Below, piece after piece: positions 20,631-31,953 of a stretch of 58,151 nt of DNA. A program made the position numbers and the translations under genes. The stretch's first letter is position 1. The number at the start of each line of letters is the position of its first letter. The notes below the pieces were generated by a model. It saw only the letters and a program-made list of their open reading frames with translations. It ran no database searches and was not told where the DNA came from. This stretch comes from Verrucomicrobiota bacterium. Lineage in GTDB: Bacteria > Verrucomicrobiota > Kiritimatiellia > Kiritimatiellales > JBHORO01. The stretch lies in NCBI GenBank assembly GCA_042566005.1, contig JBHORO010000004.1, positions 1-58,151 of the forward strand. The letters are read 5' to 3'.

Positions 20631-21266
20631 CTATCGAAAGAATCGACGCAAAAAGCCTAGAATAACCATCCCGCTACCCATAAACGCAACGCTGACCGGT
20701 TCGGGCACAGCACCCACTTCAATTCCTACATTGAGATCGCCTTCATAACACATCCAAATAGTCGACTGGACATAAGTGTCACCAGCACCTAACTGATGAG
20801 AGGTAATAGCAAAATCAGCCCAACCATAGCGGCTATCCCCGTTGCCCTCATCAAAGTAAAAACCCACCCGCTGATGACCCGTGACGTGACCACCTTGTGT
20901 GCCGACAAGACCGTTATCGCCAACGAACACCGCGTCTGCGTCGATCATAGTGCCATCAGAGGAATCGACCGTCCAATTGTTGGGGGTCGCACCATCAGTG
21001 CCATCATAGACAAAAGTGGCAATCAGACCATCTATTACAGCAACTTTACTATACGGACCAGAAGTTGGCTCCGCAGTAGTTACAACAACACCCGACTGGG
21101 TCAGCTGAATATACTGATTACCACCCTCATACTGGTTTACGCTCACCGGATTAAATGCAATAACACTGGCCTGTGCGAATGATGCGGCACACAGAACAAG
21201 TAACAAACAAACCTGTTTTGCAAAGCGACACTGCTTGAATTGAACCTTTTTATTTATCATACCCAC
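20631..21266 (-). CDS. PEP-CTERM surface protein
   Basis: Signal peptide; C-terminal VPEP + hydrophobic helix + RRFFR. Confidence 0.85.
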   Translation of the reverse strand: MGMINKKVQFKQCRFAKQVCLLLVLCAASFAQASVIAFNPVSVNQYEGGNQYIQLTQSGVVVTTAEPTSGPYSKVAVIDGLIATFVYDGTDGATPNNWTVDSSDGTMIDADAVFVGDNGLVGTQGGHVTGHQRVGFYFDEGNGDSRYGWADFAITSHQLGAGDTYVQSTIWMCYEGDLNVGIEVGAVPEPVSVAFMGSGMVILGFLRRFFR

Positions 21267-21830
21267 TTCCTTATATTTTTAACCATTTCCTTATATTTCA
21301 ACCAACTATAAATAATAATACCCCCGCACCATACAAACGGTCAACCCATTTTCAAACAAAGCGTTATCATGAAATAAATTCTTTTTTTCATGAGTAGCGG
21401 GATAGCAACCTCAGGCATCGTGCGACGCTCCTTCACCTAAAACTACTTAATCATGTTTATATTGGGTCGCTCTCATTGAGGGCCTAATGCACTGGGCGAG
21501 ACAATATCTAAAGCAAAAAAATATCACCCACAGACACGAATACACGAAACACCTTCACCACCGCGTCCGTTTGACCACAGGATTTTACCAGCCCAAAAGA
21601 GCCACCCGTTAGAAGGTGAAGTTTTCGATTCCTTCCGAGCTAAGCTTTAGCTGACACTGCCGCATCAAGCAACGGGGCCGATAGGTGTAAGAAAAGTCAA
21701 AGGAGTCGAATCCATGCGGGCATAACGCAAACGGACTGAGGGCTGATTCAGAATCCGAGGACATTTCTCGAGTCCATGAAGAACATCAAAAAACCCTCCT
21801 TCTCGCAAATCGATCCAGAGGGCGAATTTA

Positions 21831-24800
21831 TTACGGAATGCTCACCTTCACCCGGTAGGCCCGGAAAGAGTCCTCTGCGTCAGGATCGGTTACGATGTGA
21901 ACACCGTTAGATCCGCTCTGTGCAGGCTCCAGCAATTCCCACTGCTCTGAATTCATCAGATTGGTGACATAGTCAACCGTATACGCTCGTGACGCCCGGG
22001 AATCAAACTGGACCTTGACTGCAGATTCGCCGCCAACAATCGTTATTGAGAACGGCGCATTGCTGACCGCAGGACTATAGTCGAGGATGTATTCATCAGA
22101 ATCGATAATACCATCATTATCGGCATCCGAAGATGCATTCACCCGAACCAGGTTCCCGATATATTCCATTTCCCAGTCATCGGCAATACCATCAGCATCA
22201 CTGTCCGAGCTAGCCGGCGCAGGCATTGAGATATCCAGCACAGGTGAATTTGCGCCCTCTCTGCTGGATAAAGTTGTTCTCGCATTAACCGTAGTCATAA
22301 GCATGATGCTGTAGGTTCCGTTAGTGGTGATAAAGTCACTGCCCAATGGAATCTCAACCCAGCTGTTCGTCTCCGCAGTCGCACTACCGAGCAAGCTTCC
22401 GGATGCAGGCATATTACCCCATGTGAGCCCCAATTCCGTCCAACTGTTATCCGCAACCGCATAGGCGCTTAGATTACCCACGTGATTATTCGAAAAGACC
22501 TTAAGCGTTGCCGCCACCGCACTAGCTTCCAGGCCGCTGACATCAAATTTCAGATAGGCGTACCGGTCAAAGTTACTTCCGCCACGAAGCTCCAGGTAGA
22601 CACGCTCGCCATAGTTGCCATCAGTAACATTCTCGTATGCATAAGTATCCTCCACAGAATCGAACGAAACCGGTTCCTGGGGGTACAGGGACAGCGAGAC
22701 GACGGCCGTTTCACTGGTGTTTACTCCATCGGTGACGGAGTAAGTAAAACCATCAGAACCAAGGTGGACGCCGTTATCGATGTGGGTCACGGTTCCATCC
22801 CCGTTATCGGTGATGCTGCCGAAAGCAGGCTGAGTGAATGTCGCGATGCTCAACAAATCCTCATTCAGGTCGCTGTCATTACTCAAAATATCCAGAACCG
22901 TCGTACTGCCTTCAACCATCCAGTAGGTGTCGTCCGTCGCAACCGGCGCGTAATTACCCGGATCCTTGAACTTGATCGCAACAATGGAGTGCGCCGGGAA
23001 GGTGTAGGTGATGCTGCCGTCCTGCATAGGCGCAGTTGATGAGGTTGTCTCCCCGATAGTCCATTCGCCATTGGTTCCTTCCAACATCGTATCGATATCA
23101 ACCTCGCCGGCATAGTGCTGACCATCAACGGCCAAGGTGATCTCCTCGTTCACGTTTGTAGATGGGTTGACAACAAAAAGCATCAGGTCATTGCCCTGTT
23201 CGACAGCGCACATACTGAGGTTGCGTGACAAGTGAGTTGAGCGGACCACACGCGGTGATTTATCAAAATCGATGTGGTCATGATAAAACTGAAGAACATA
23301 GTGCGACGGAAGCGGGGCATAGTCGCCCGCCAAATTAACCCGGTAAAGCGCATGCTCTCCGCCCATGGCGATATGCCAGATACAGGCCATGTCGACCCCG
23401 CCCTCAAGAAAATAGTTCATTACTTCAGCGTGCCAGACAGCTCTATCCCAAGAGTCCTCCGCAACAGCGTCCGTCGTGTTATACTCCGTGTAGCCAATCT
23501 GTATCCGGTCTTTACGACGGCGATCTGTATCCACCCCGTACCTTTGCCGGTTTTTCCGCAGCACGTCGATATCATGGCGGTACGCATCAGGGTCATTGAA
23601 ATAGCGGTGAGTGGTAAGCAAGTCCACTACATCACCATTTTCCTGCATAAAATGATTCATATATTTTTCTATGCGAGCCTTGGTAGTGGTGGGACCCAAA
23701 ACGATAACAGAGGGGTCCACTGCATGCAGGGCTTCAGCATATTCGCGGAAAACAGGGTTATAATATTGGACATGTAGAGTGAGTGATCAAGGTCAAGACC
23801 GTGCTCTGTGGAATAGCGCCCAAGCTCAAGGTCAATCTCATTACCGACCTCCAGATATTTGATCCGGGCCGATTCCGTCGCGGCCGGATTCACGCCCCAA
23901 TCCTGATCATAACTCAGGTTCAAGTTGCTCACCACTTCGGTGGCATAGTCCACACCACGGGGCAGCCCGCCGGCATACTCGGCATGATTGTACCAGCCCG
24001 CCAGCTTGTGCTGAATATTAGTCGGATTAAGATTGGTTCCCGGATTGAGCGGAACCTCAAAATCCATGCCCAGCACGGACGACACGCCCATGATAAAATC
24101 CAGATTGGTATTCACATTCTGACGGGAGGCAGCAACCCACTCGCGCGCACTGATATCCGGAACACCCGCGCCATCCGTATTAAATGCATGTTTTAAGTTG
24201 TAGTGCTCCATGTTGGATCCGCCGGGCAGACGCATAAACTCGGCCCACCCGCTGAGATAATTTTGAACATTGGGATCGAGTCCCGCGTCCTCCTGATAAG
24301 CTGTCGCAGCAATACCGAACAAGTGACGGCTAACCTTATTAGCAAGACGATCCGTAACGTCAACCAGGTTAGGGGTAAACTCACGATGAAGCACAAGATC
24401 GTACACTCCAATGTCCGAACCATCAGCAACTACATACAACCCTACCCCCTGGATACGCTTCAGGTTAGGGGTCCCTCCGCTGGTCGTTGTCAGCTCCGGC
24501 AAGGTGGTAGTCGTATTAATATTGCTGACGAGATCTGCTGACTCAGTAACTTGTTCCCAATCCGTGACGGAATCGAAGAAAAGCCAGTTGCGGTTGTCCG
24601 CCGAATCAGACATATCAACGGTCTGATTGGAGAGGAACCAATTCGTTCCATCATAAATAAGCACCTTCAGGCTTGTTCCGGCAGCGGCAAGTTCCATATC
24701 CAACTGAAGAGCGGCATGAGTGCCGGACATATCGATCATTTCAGTGGGCTGGCTGTCGCCATTGCGGTCGAACAGGGTGTAGAAATAGAGACCGCTGTTA

Positions 24801-25700
24801 GGCTTCTTGATCCGCAACTCGCCCAAGATTCGCAGGTAAACGTCGCCGGAACCCACCTTCGCGCGCCAGCTGTAGCCCGTACCGGCAGTATCACGGCGCG
24901 GTTCATCGATCGTACTTCCATTATTAAGAAATACATCTTCGGCAAACGGACCCGCCCAAACGCCAAAGTGCTGCCCGATAGATTTTGTTTTCGGGGCGTC
25001 GTCCAAGCGCGGCAACGCAAAGGTATAACCGGCGGCGCGCAATGCAGGAACGAGGATATCGAGTGTGGCATAATTATCGTGGGTAGGATGCATCAGAATA
25101 ACGTCACCATCCGCCACCTGCGCCATAATTTCGTCCGACCTCGTCCGAGGGTCGACGGAGAGGCCGGCGTCACCAATTTCGCGACTGCAATAGACCAGAT
25201 CGTTTTCCACCAGGACTTCATAAACCAAATCATTCACGCCCAGATGGGCTGCGCGATAAAACTGCGGATAAAACCCGGTCACATCCTTCAGGAGCTCCTG
25301 CATACCGACAATTTCAGACTCAATAAAGCCCGGTCTGTCACATGCAGAAGATTCGAATGGGTCATGGAGTGGTTACCGACCATATGCCCTTCATTCAGCA
25401 TACGATGAAGAATCGTCGGATCATCATTCACATTCTCGCCCACCACGAAGAACGTGGCCTTTACACCAAGATCCTGAAGTTTCTGGAGAAGCTTAGGATG
25501 GGATACCCGCAATGCGTTATCATCAGCGGCCCATCATCAAACGTCAGCACAACCTCCTTATGCACTCCGTCCGTCGGAATGGTTGTAATCATGGGGGTGG
25601 CGGGATCAAACCCGAAGACAGAACCTCCATAACACAACACACCCAGCGCCACAGCCATGATGATACGATTCAAAAAACACTTTATACCCAGTTCTCCCAT
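21831..25700 (-). pseudogene. Frameshifted secreted NodB-type deacetylase + clan-A-like glycoside hydrolase + Ig-like + DNRLRE/CBM96-like + C-terminal domain (about 1,290 aa if restored)
   Basis: Four ORF pieces (25461-25814, 25288-25512, 23669-25303, 21831-23720) join after three one-base insertions. Motifs: LTFDDGP, KATFF, GNHSMTH, RLPGGS, EVGNE, YTEYN, AYLKFD. Confidence 0.75.
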
Positions 25701-25824
25701 TTTAAATCCTAGCAGCACGAACAGTACACATGCTTGCACACTGCACCGGTTCTTCCCGCAGCCTTCTTGAAGCCCCGTCAGACACAATAACTCTGCGCAC
25801 CGGATGACAACCACCGCACACGAA

Positions 25825-28800
25825 CTACTTTAACCTGACATCAATCTTATAATACCCACCACCTTCAACATGGTGAACCGTATCAGTAAAGCTATTGCGC
25901 GGAAACTCAACATCATCCACCAAAGTCTGAAAGGAATTTGTTATCGATTCCGCCCAACTGACTCGATATAAGCGACCGCTAACCGCCGGCCAATTAACCA
26001 CAAACCCGTCGTCGGCGAAATGCTGATTGGTAATGCTCAAAAAGGAATTTTTATTGGTCGGATTCATCCCTGCAATATATTCCTCGAGGTTGCCGTGTGC
26101 ATCCCCGTCCGGATTCCCATCCGGCAGAGTTGCCGTACCTTCATGGAAATAAATTTTCTCCCACGCATCCACCATGCCGTCCGCATCGCCGTCGGTTACA
26201 TCCGCAACTTTTACATTATCAATCAACAGCCGGCCCGAAGCTGACTCAACGACTGCGATCTGCAGCCACAGCGGTTCACCTTCCGCATAACCGGTCCCCG
26301 TCGAAAGTTGCACCGATTGCTCGGCCATACCGAGCGCCTCGGCAGGTTTTGAAATCACACCCGAAGCAGCAATCAGATCCGCCCCGACCCCACCGACCTT
26401 ATTCGTCAACGGATTATTCGTGAAGATCTTATTATCCACATCGGCCGCCAATGTCGCATCTCCTCCAACCAAAAGGTTTACAACCATATCCAGCCCGGGG
26501 TTATCAGATCGTCTACCCGTCAGAAAACTGATATCCAGATCCATATTTTCCCTGTATGTGCCAATGCGCTGATACATCCAGCGCTCCTGGCCTAATTCGG
26601 CCCAGTTGTCGCCATAGGGCGTATCCGGATGAGTCGCGGTGTCGTCATTCTGCGTAAGGGTATATTTGACAGAATCATACCAGCCATTAATACCACTGCT
26701 GTTCTCCCCGAGAGTCATAGCCGGGTCCTCGAAACTAGCAATGGAAACAGCCGGATTCACCAGCCCGACCCCGCGATCGTGCAAAGGTGCAACAAAGGCA
26801 ATAAAGTAGCCATTCATCATGCCATGATTCTGCTCAACACTGCCAAGCTGATCCTCCACGATGCGAGCCTTGACGGTGCTGTTGCTGAACGGCTCAGGCC
26901 CTTCCAATACCGACCAATAACCTTGATCGCCGCCGCCAAGCCCCGAGGCCTGAATGATTCCATGTGTGGCCGCGGGCATCATGTCAAACTCGTACGTCGC
27001 GACATCCGAAGACAATCTATGATCCTTTTTGCTGAACCCTTCCACCAGCGAACTAACCTGGAACCGCAAATCCCCGACCTGATACTGCGAGGTAAACCCG
27101 CTGTCGATCACAACATATCCGACCGTCTCATTGGCTCGCGTCGTATCCGGATCCTCACCAACATGCCTGCCCGCAACAAATCCCGGCCCGATCGCCGCTT
27201 TCTTTTTCTTGTCATAGATACTGCACGACCAAAAAGCTGACCAGTCCGGATCGTTGAAACTCATAACCTGCCCGAAAACCGAGGGCTGACGATAATGGTC
27301 GGCCCCCGAACCGAACGCATAATCACGCACCTCACCCTCCCAGCTCATGGCATGGTCGGTAACCGTTGAATTAAACTTGGTCGCTTCCATTCGAATACCA
27401 TACGTATCCGGATGATAAACGCCCTCTTCAACCGCCAGGTATTCAATCGTGACATCAGAAACAGGATCCGTCAGGCCATCGGTCCGCTGCAGGCAAATTT
27501 CAAAGCGACCGGATGACGCATTGCGAATACGGGTAACCAGGGGAACCTGCCCGGCCCCCAGAACCGGCTGGGCCACCACGACCATAGAATCGTAAAGGTT
27601 GTCCAGCTCTACCGTTGTCCAGCCGGCAGTGCCGGCCCGGGTATGCCCGACTTCCATGAGCGGAACGTCTTCCTCGGCAAGAACCATTAGGTCAATTGTG
27701 TCAGTGAATGTATTATCCAGCCCGTTTCTCAGCGTATAGCTGATCGCGTCCGGACCGGTATAGGCCAAATCCGGAGTGTAGGTATACGTGCCGTCGCCGT
27801 TGTCAACCAGCTGCCCATGCGAGGGACTCCCGATACTATCCAGCGTTTTGACCCCATCATAGCTATAGCCCAGAGAAAGAGGGCTTTCAAATGTGACCGA
27901 ACTGTCCGCCGGCACAACCACATTGAATTTCGTTTGCTCAATGGCGCTAAAAGGCGGCAAATGGCTCACCGCGGCCTTGGCCGTATCGCTAAAGGTCCAC
28001 TGCCAACGCTCCATGAGCGGACTGACATCATACCCGAACTCCGTGCCCAGCGAGGTCAACCACAGATCCATGCGCTTCTGATTGGTGTCGTACGCATCCG
28101 GAGACAACGCTTGTATATAATGAATGGTATTGCGGCAGCTCTGCCAGCCGAAGTGATCGCCCATCATCGTCATCATCGACAGCTTTTCCTGCAAATAGAG
28201 ACGATCGCCCGACGCCATCAGATCGGTTACCTGCGAAACCACCAGATCAAATTGCCGGGCACGCCGCAGAGGCGGGACCACGCGCTCATAATCATAATAA
28301 TTATGGCCCATATAAGCACTGGCCCAGTTATTGGCCGTTTCCGCAAACCCATCCCATTTCCACACAGCACCCAAGTCCAGGATATGACCGTATTCATGAA
28401 ACAGGAGCGGGTCACCGCGCAACTGAAGATATTCCAGGTCCAACAAAGAATTGTTGTCAGGATATTTGTATTGAGGGAATGAGGATACCCCCCTGACTCC
28501 GTGATAATCAGCGTGCAAACGCAACGGGCGGGTTGGAATCGGGCCGTACAGGTCCTCTTCATACCAGGTCATATCCCGCCGTATCTGAGCCACAGCCTCT
28601 GGATTATCCAGCGTCTTCAGCCAGCGCGAATCCCAAATGGCCTTACACCGATCGCTCTCAATCACCCCCCACGGCGTCCCGCGATCACGAATGCCATTCA
28701 CCCACTCACTGTCCGTCGTCTCTCCCAAAATAAAATGAGGGGTCTCCACGGCACCGTCGATAGAAACCTGCGCATTCGTAATGCCCAAAACACTGCGGGG

Positions 28801-30057
28801 CGCTTCGAACATGATCAAGCCACCATGAACATTACCGACCGACATACTCGACGAATCGATCGAAAACTTTCGCTTCAAATACGGCATCTGGTAAAATTCT
28901 TTGTTGTCTTTATACCGCGTCTTTTCGTCGACGCCATGGCCCACGCAAACATTCATGCCGATATCAACGAGCTCAGAAGGAACCTCGACGGTAACGACTT
29001 CGCCGGGGGCCGCATACAGCCCCGTATCAATAAAAATAGTAGCGTGGCTCTCTGCCGTCACATTAAGCGTCCTGTTGCGCAATACGCGCGGAGCAGCCGG
29101 ATCCACAGGCAAGGCCGTCCGATGCTCGAAAAGATCCGCCATCTTAACATCCAACAGCGCTCTGGATTCCCACGTAATCAATGCCGCACCCAACTGCGCC
29201 GCACCCACAGCCGACGATGTAGTGTACGGATTAGACGGGGTCGGACTGATGGTGGAAACAACCGGCTCCAGAATGTTCCATGCCGCATACCACGGAGAGG
29301 TTCCATACAGAGAGGTGTCGGCCAAAACCGTATCGACCATATTCGCAAAATCGGAGTCCGTATAATTATCGGGATTATTATACATATCCACAACCAGCGC
29401 CGCGTCAAAAGGCGGCGGCGGCCCCGAACCCAATGCCACATCAACATTATCAATCAACAGCCGCCCACTGCTGGCACTATCGACCACAATCTGCAGCCAT
29501 AAAGGTTCCCCGACCGTGTGGCCGGTATACGTTCCGACGTAAGCGGTTACCTCCTCCATTGCGCCCGAGGAATCCAACGCGGGAACCGTCCAGCAATCCA
29601 ACATCGTCGCCCCCACGACGCTCTCCAGCGGATTCCCGGCGGCGTAAAACTTGCTGTTCACATCCGCGGCCAACGCCGGGTCTCCACCAACCCAAAGATA
29701 AACTTTAAACGGCAAAGATGCATTGTCCCACCTTGAGCCTGCCAACAACGTAACATCCAGACTCAACCCCTCTTCATAGGTTCCGATCTGCTGATACATC
29801 CACCTTTCCAGCCCGAATTCGGCCCAATTGTCGCCATAGGGCGTATCCGGATGATTCGTGGAGCCATCATTCTGCGTATAGGTATAGCTGACAGAATCAT
29901 ACCAGCCATTAATACCACTGCGCTTCTCCCCGAGAGTCATAGCCGGGTCCTCAAACCCGGAATTGGTGAGTACCGGATTGTTCAGCCCGGCCCGAACCTG
30001 CAAAGGAACCATACACGCGACCAACAACAATCCCCACGCAACCGACATTTTTCTCAT
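25825..30057 (-). CDS. Secreted modular M60-like metallopeptidase with duplicated CBM-like module
   Basis: Signal peptide; TGLYAAPGE, HGGLI, PHFILG, HEYGH...E; two copies of a PDTPYGDNW module; Ig-like YTYTP; C-terminal DGDADG...WE...EYIAG domain. Confidence 0.8.
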   Translation of the reverse strand: MRKMSVAWGLLLVACMVPLQVRAGLNNPVLTNSGFEDPAMTLGEKRSGINGWYDSVSYTYTQNDGSTNHPDTPYGDNWAEFGLERWMYQQIGTYEEGLSLDVTLLAGSRWDNASLPFKVYLWVGGDPALAADVNSKFYAAGNPLESVVGATMLDCWTVPALDSSGAMEEVTAYVGTYTGHTVGEPLWLQIVVDSASSGRLLIDNVDVALGSGPPPPFDAALVVDMYNNPDNYTDSDFANMVDTVLADTSLYGTSPWYAAWNILEPVVSTISPTPSNPYTTSSAVGAAQLGAALITWESRALLDVKMADLFEHRTALPVDPAAPRVLRNRTLNVTAESHATIFIDTGLYAAPGEVVTVEVPSELVDIGMNVCVGHGVDEKTRYKDNKEFYQMPYLKRKFSIDSSSMSVGNVHGGLIMFEAPRSVLGITNAQVSIDGAVETPHFILGETTDSEWVNGIRDRGTPWGVIESDRCKAIWDSRWLKTLDNPEAVAQIRRDMTWYEEDLYGPIPTRPLRLHADYHGVRGVSSFPQYKYPDNNSLLDLEYLQLRGDPLLFHEYGHILDLGAVWKWDGFAETANNWASAYMGHNYYDYERVVPPLRRARQFDLVVSQVTDLMASGDRLYLQEKLSMMTMMGDHFGWQSCRNTIHYIQALSPDAYDTNQKRMDLWLTSLGTEFGYDVSPLMERWQWTFSDTAKAAVSHLPPFSAIEQTKFNVVVPADSSVTFESPLSLGYSYDGVKTLDSIGSPSHGQLVDNGDGTYTYTPDLAYTGPDAISYTLRNGLDNTFTDTIDLMVLAEEDVPLMEVGHTRAGTAGWTTVELDNLYDSMVVVAQPVLGAGQVPLVTRIRNASSGRFEICLQRTDGLTDPVSDVTIEYLAVEEGVYHPDTYGIRMEATKFNSTVTDHAMSWEGEVRDYAFGSGADHYRQPSVFGQVMSFNDPDWSAFWSCSIYDKKKKAAIGPGFVAGRHVGEDPDTTRANETVGYVVIDSGFTSQYQVGDLRFQVSSLVEGFSKKDHRLSSDVATYEFDMMPAATHGIIQASGLGGGDQGYWSVLEGPEPFSNSTVKARIVEDQLGSVEQNHGMMNGYFIAFVAPLHDRGVGLVNPAVSIASFEDPAMTLGENSSGINGWYDSVKYTLTQNDDTATHPDTPYGDNWAELGQERWMYQRIGTYRENMDLDISFLTGRRSDNPGLDMVVNLLVGGDATLAADVDNKIFTNNPLTNKVGGVGADLIAASGVISKPAEALGMAEQSVQLSTGTGYAEGEPLWLQIAVVESASGRLLIDNVKVADVTDGDADGMVDAWEKIYFHEGTATLPDGNPDGDAHGNLEEYIAGMNPTNKNSFLSITNQHFADDGFVVNWPAVSGRLYRVSWAESITNSFQTLVDDVEFPRNSFTDTVHHVEGGGYYKIDVRLK

Positions 30058-30338
30058 ATCCTTCTTCCTGCGCTATGCATAAGTAACAACTTTTTATTCG
30101 AGGAGATCCTATCAAACACCATCTAATAATTACAACCCAAACACCAACCAGGGCCCCCTTTAATCAAAAAATAAAGCGGCAATCTTAATGATAACCCCTA
30201 TCGCTAATTTCGTTATCATCCACTCGCACAGGCAACCCACAACGGCCCCGGCCTCCGCGGGCATTGACTTCACACAATTCCTAACATAAAAACTGAGGTC
30301 GCATTTGGAGGCACATCACTCCACGAAAGGTTTTTAGT

Positions 30339-31577
30339 ATGAAAGAAATAATATTGTTACGCATCACCGGAAAAGACAAACCCGGTGTAACTGCCTTTAT
30401 CACCGCCATCCTCGCCAAAGAAGGCGCCAATATTCTGGATATCGGCCAATCCGTGCTGCACGAAATCCTGTCGCTCGGCATACTGATTGAACTGCCGGAA
30501 AACGCCGAATCTTCGCCGGTATTCAAGGAACTGCTGTTCGCCGCACACCAGCACGACCTGCAGATCAGCTTCGACCCGATCACCGAAGAGGACTACGAAC
30601 ACTGGGTCAACCTGCAGGGCAAACCCCGCTACATCGTCAGCCTGCTGGCACGCAAAATTTCGGCCGACCACCTGGCACGCGTTTCCCAAACCGTCGCAGA
30701 TCACGGGCTGAACATCGACGGCATCCGCCGCCTTTCCGGCCGTATCTCGCTGAACGAAACAGAAACCGAAAAATCCGCCAACTCCTGCATCGAGCTGACC
30801 ACACGCGGCACGCCGACCGACGAAAACAACCTTAAAGCCAAACTGCTGAACATTTCCTCCAAAACCGGCATCGACATTGCCCTGCAGGAAGACTGCATCT
30901 ACCGTCGCAGCCGCCGACTGGTCTGCTTCGACATGGACTCCACCCTGATCCAGGCCGAAGTAATCGACGAACTGGCGAAAGCCGCCGGTGTTGGCGATGA
31001 GGTTTCAGCCATCACCGAATCTGCCATGCGCGGCGAAATCGACTTCACCGAAAGCTTCGCCCGTCGGGTCGGACTGCTGAAGGGACTCGACGAATCCGTA
31101 CTTCAGGAAATCGCCGAAAACCTGCCGCTGACCGAAGGCGTCGTCAAACTGACGCACACATTGAAAAAACTCGGCTTCAAAACGGCGATCCTGTCCGGCG
31201 GATTCAACTACTTCGGCAACTACCTGAAAAAAATCCTGAACATCGATTACGTCTACGCCAACGAGCTGGAAATCGAAGACGGCAAAGTAACCGGACGCGT
31301 AACCGGCACGGTAGTCGACGGCCAGCGCAAAAAAGAGCTGCTGCAGGAAATTGCCGCCAAGGAAAACATCCACCTCAAACAGGTGGTGGCGGTCGGCGAC
31401 GGCGCGAACGACCTGCCGATGCTGAGCGTGGCCGGACTGGGCATCGCCTTCCACGCCAAGCCGTTGGTCAAAGAGACAGCCAAACAGTCGATCTCCAACC
31501 TCGGCCTCGACAGCATCCTCTACCTGATCGGGGTACGCGATCGCGATGTGATCGAACCGATCAAACACAGCGAATAA
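30339..31577 (+). CDS. serB: Phosphoserine phosphatase with ACT domains
   Basis: GKDKPG, FDMDSTLI, SGGF, GDGANDLPM. Confidence 0.95.
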   Translation: MKEIILLRITGKDKPGVTAFITAILAKEGANILDIGQSVLHEILSLGILIELPENAESSPVFKELLFAAHQHDLQISFDPITEEDYEHWVNLQGKPRYIVSLLARKISADHLARVSQTVADHGLNIDGIRRLSGRISLNETETEKSANSCIELTTRGTPTDENNLKAKLLNISSKTGIDIALQEDCIYRRSRRLVCFDMDSTLIQAEVIDELAKAAGVGDEVSAITESAMRGEIDFTESFARRVGLLKGLDESVLQEIAENLPLTEGVVKLTHTLKKLGFKTAILSGGFNYFGNYLKKILNIDYVYANELEIEDGKVTGRVTGTVVDGQRKKELLQEIAAKENIHLKQVVAVGDGANDLPMLSVAGLGIAFHAKPLVKETAKQSISNLGLDSILYLIGVRDRDVIEPIKHSE

Positions 31578-31616
31578 ATTCGCCAGCAAAAACGGATGAG
31601 CCGACGCTCATCAGCC

Positions 31617-31649
31617 AAGAACCCGCAGATATCTGCGGGTTCTTTTTTC
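31617..31649 (+). terminator. Intrinsic terminator after serB
   Basis: 28-bp perfect palindrome AAGAACCCGCAGATATCTGCGGGTTCTT plus T tract. Confidence 0.8.
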
Positions 31650-31662
31650 TTGGATAGTAATC

Positions 31663-31724
31663 AAAAAAAACGCCGGAACCCAAGAGGAGAGCAAAGGAAC
31701 CGGCGGACGATGAGAGAACTCATC
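31663..31724 (-). ncRNA. Candidate small RNA with CU-rich loops
   Basis: Two hairpins and a U tail on the minus strand, preceded by TTGACA-16nt-TAATTT. Confidence 0.4.
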
Positions 31725-31953
31725 AAAATTATTTTTGCGGACGCGCTTGTCAAAAACACAATCACTTTCAATAAACAACGCACTCGTTAATATTTTTAAA
31801 TATAAACAATTAATAAAGCGGACACAAGGGCTTAATAATAAACTTTCGATGTCTGTATTTATTTTAAAGAAATACCAATCAACCCGAAAGATCCGGCATG
31901 CAACGGAGACTGCTCGATGCCCGCATAGTCATTCATCCGCCGAACCGGCCGGC

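Noticed and set aside
21267-21830. Hidden gene or IS remnant in the long intergenic gap
   Set aside because: No convincing ORF, terminal repeats or transposase motif; only a weak TCATGAAA/TTTCATGA inverted repeat.
23669-25530. Programmed ribosomal frameshifting or phase variation
   Set aside because: No slippery heptamers or long homopolymer/tandem tracts at the three junctions.
26200-29975. Internal repeat as a DGR template/variable pair
   Set aside because: Differences are not adenine-specific, both copies are in frame in one gene, and no reverse transcriptase is present.
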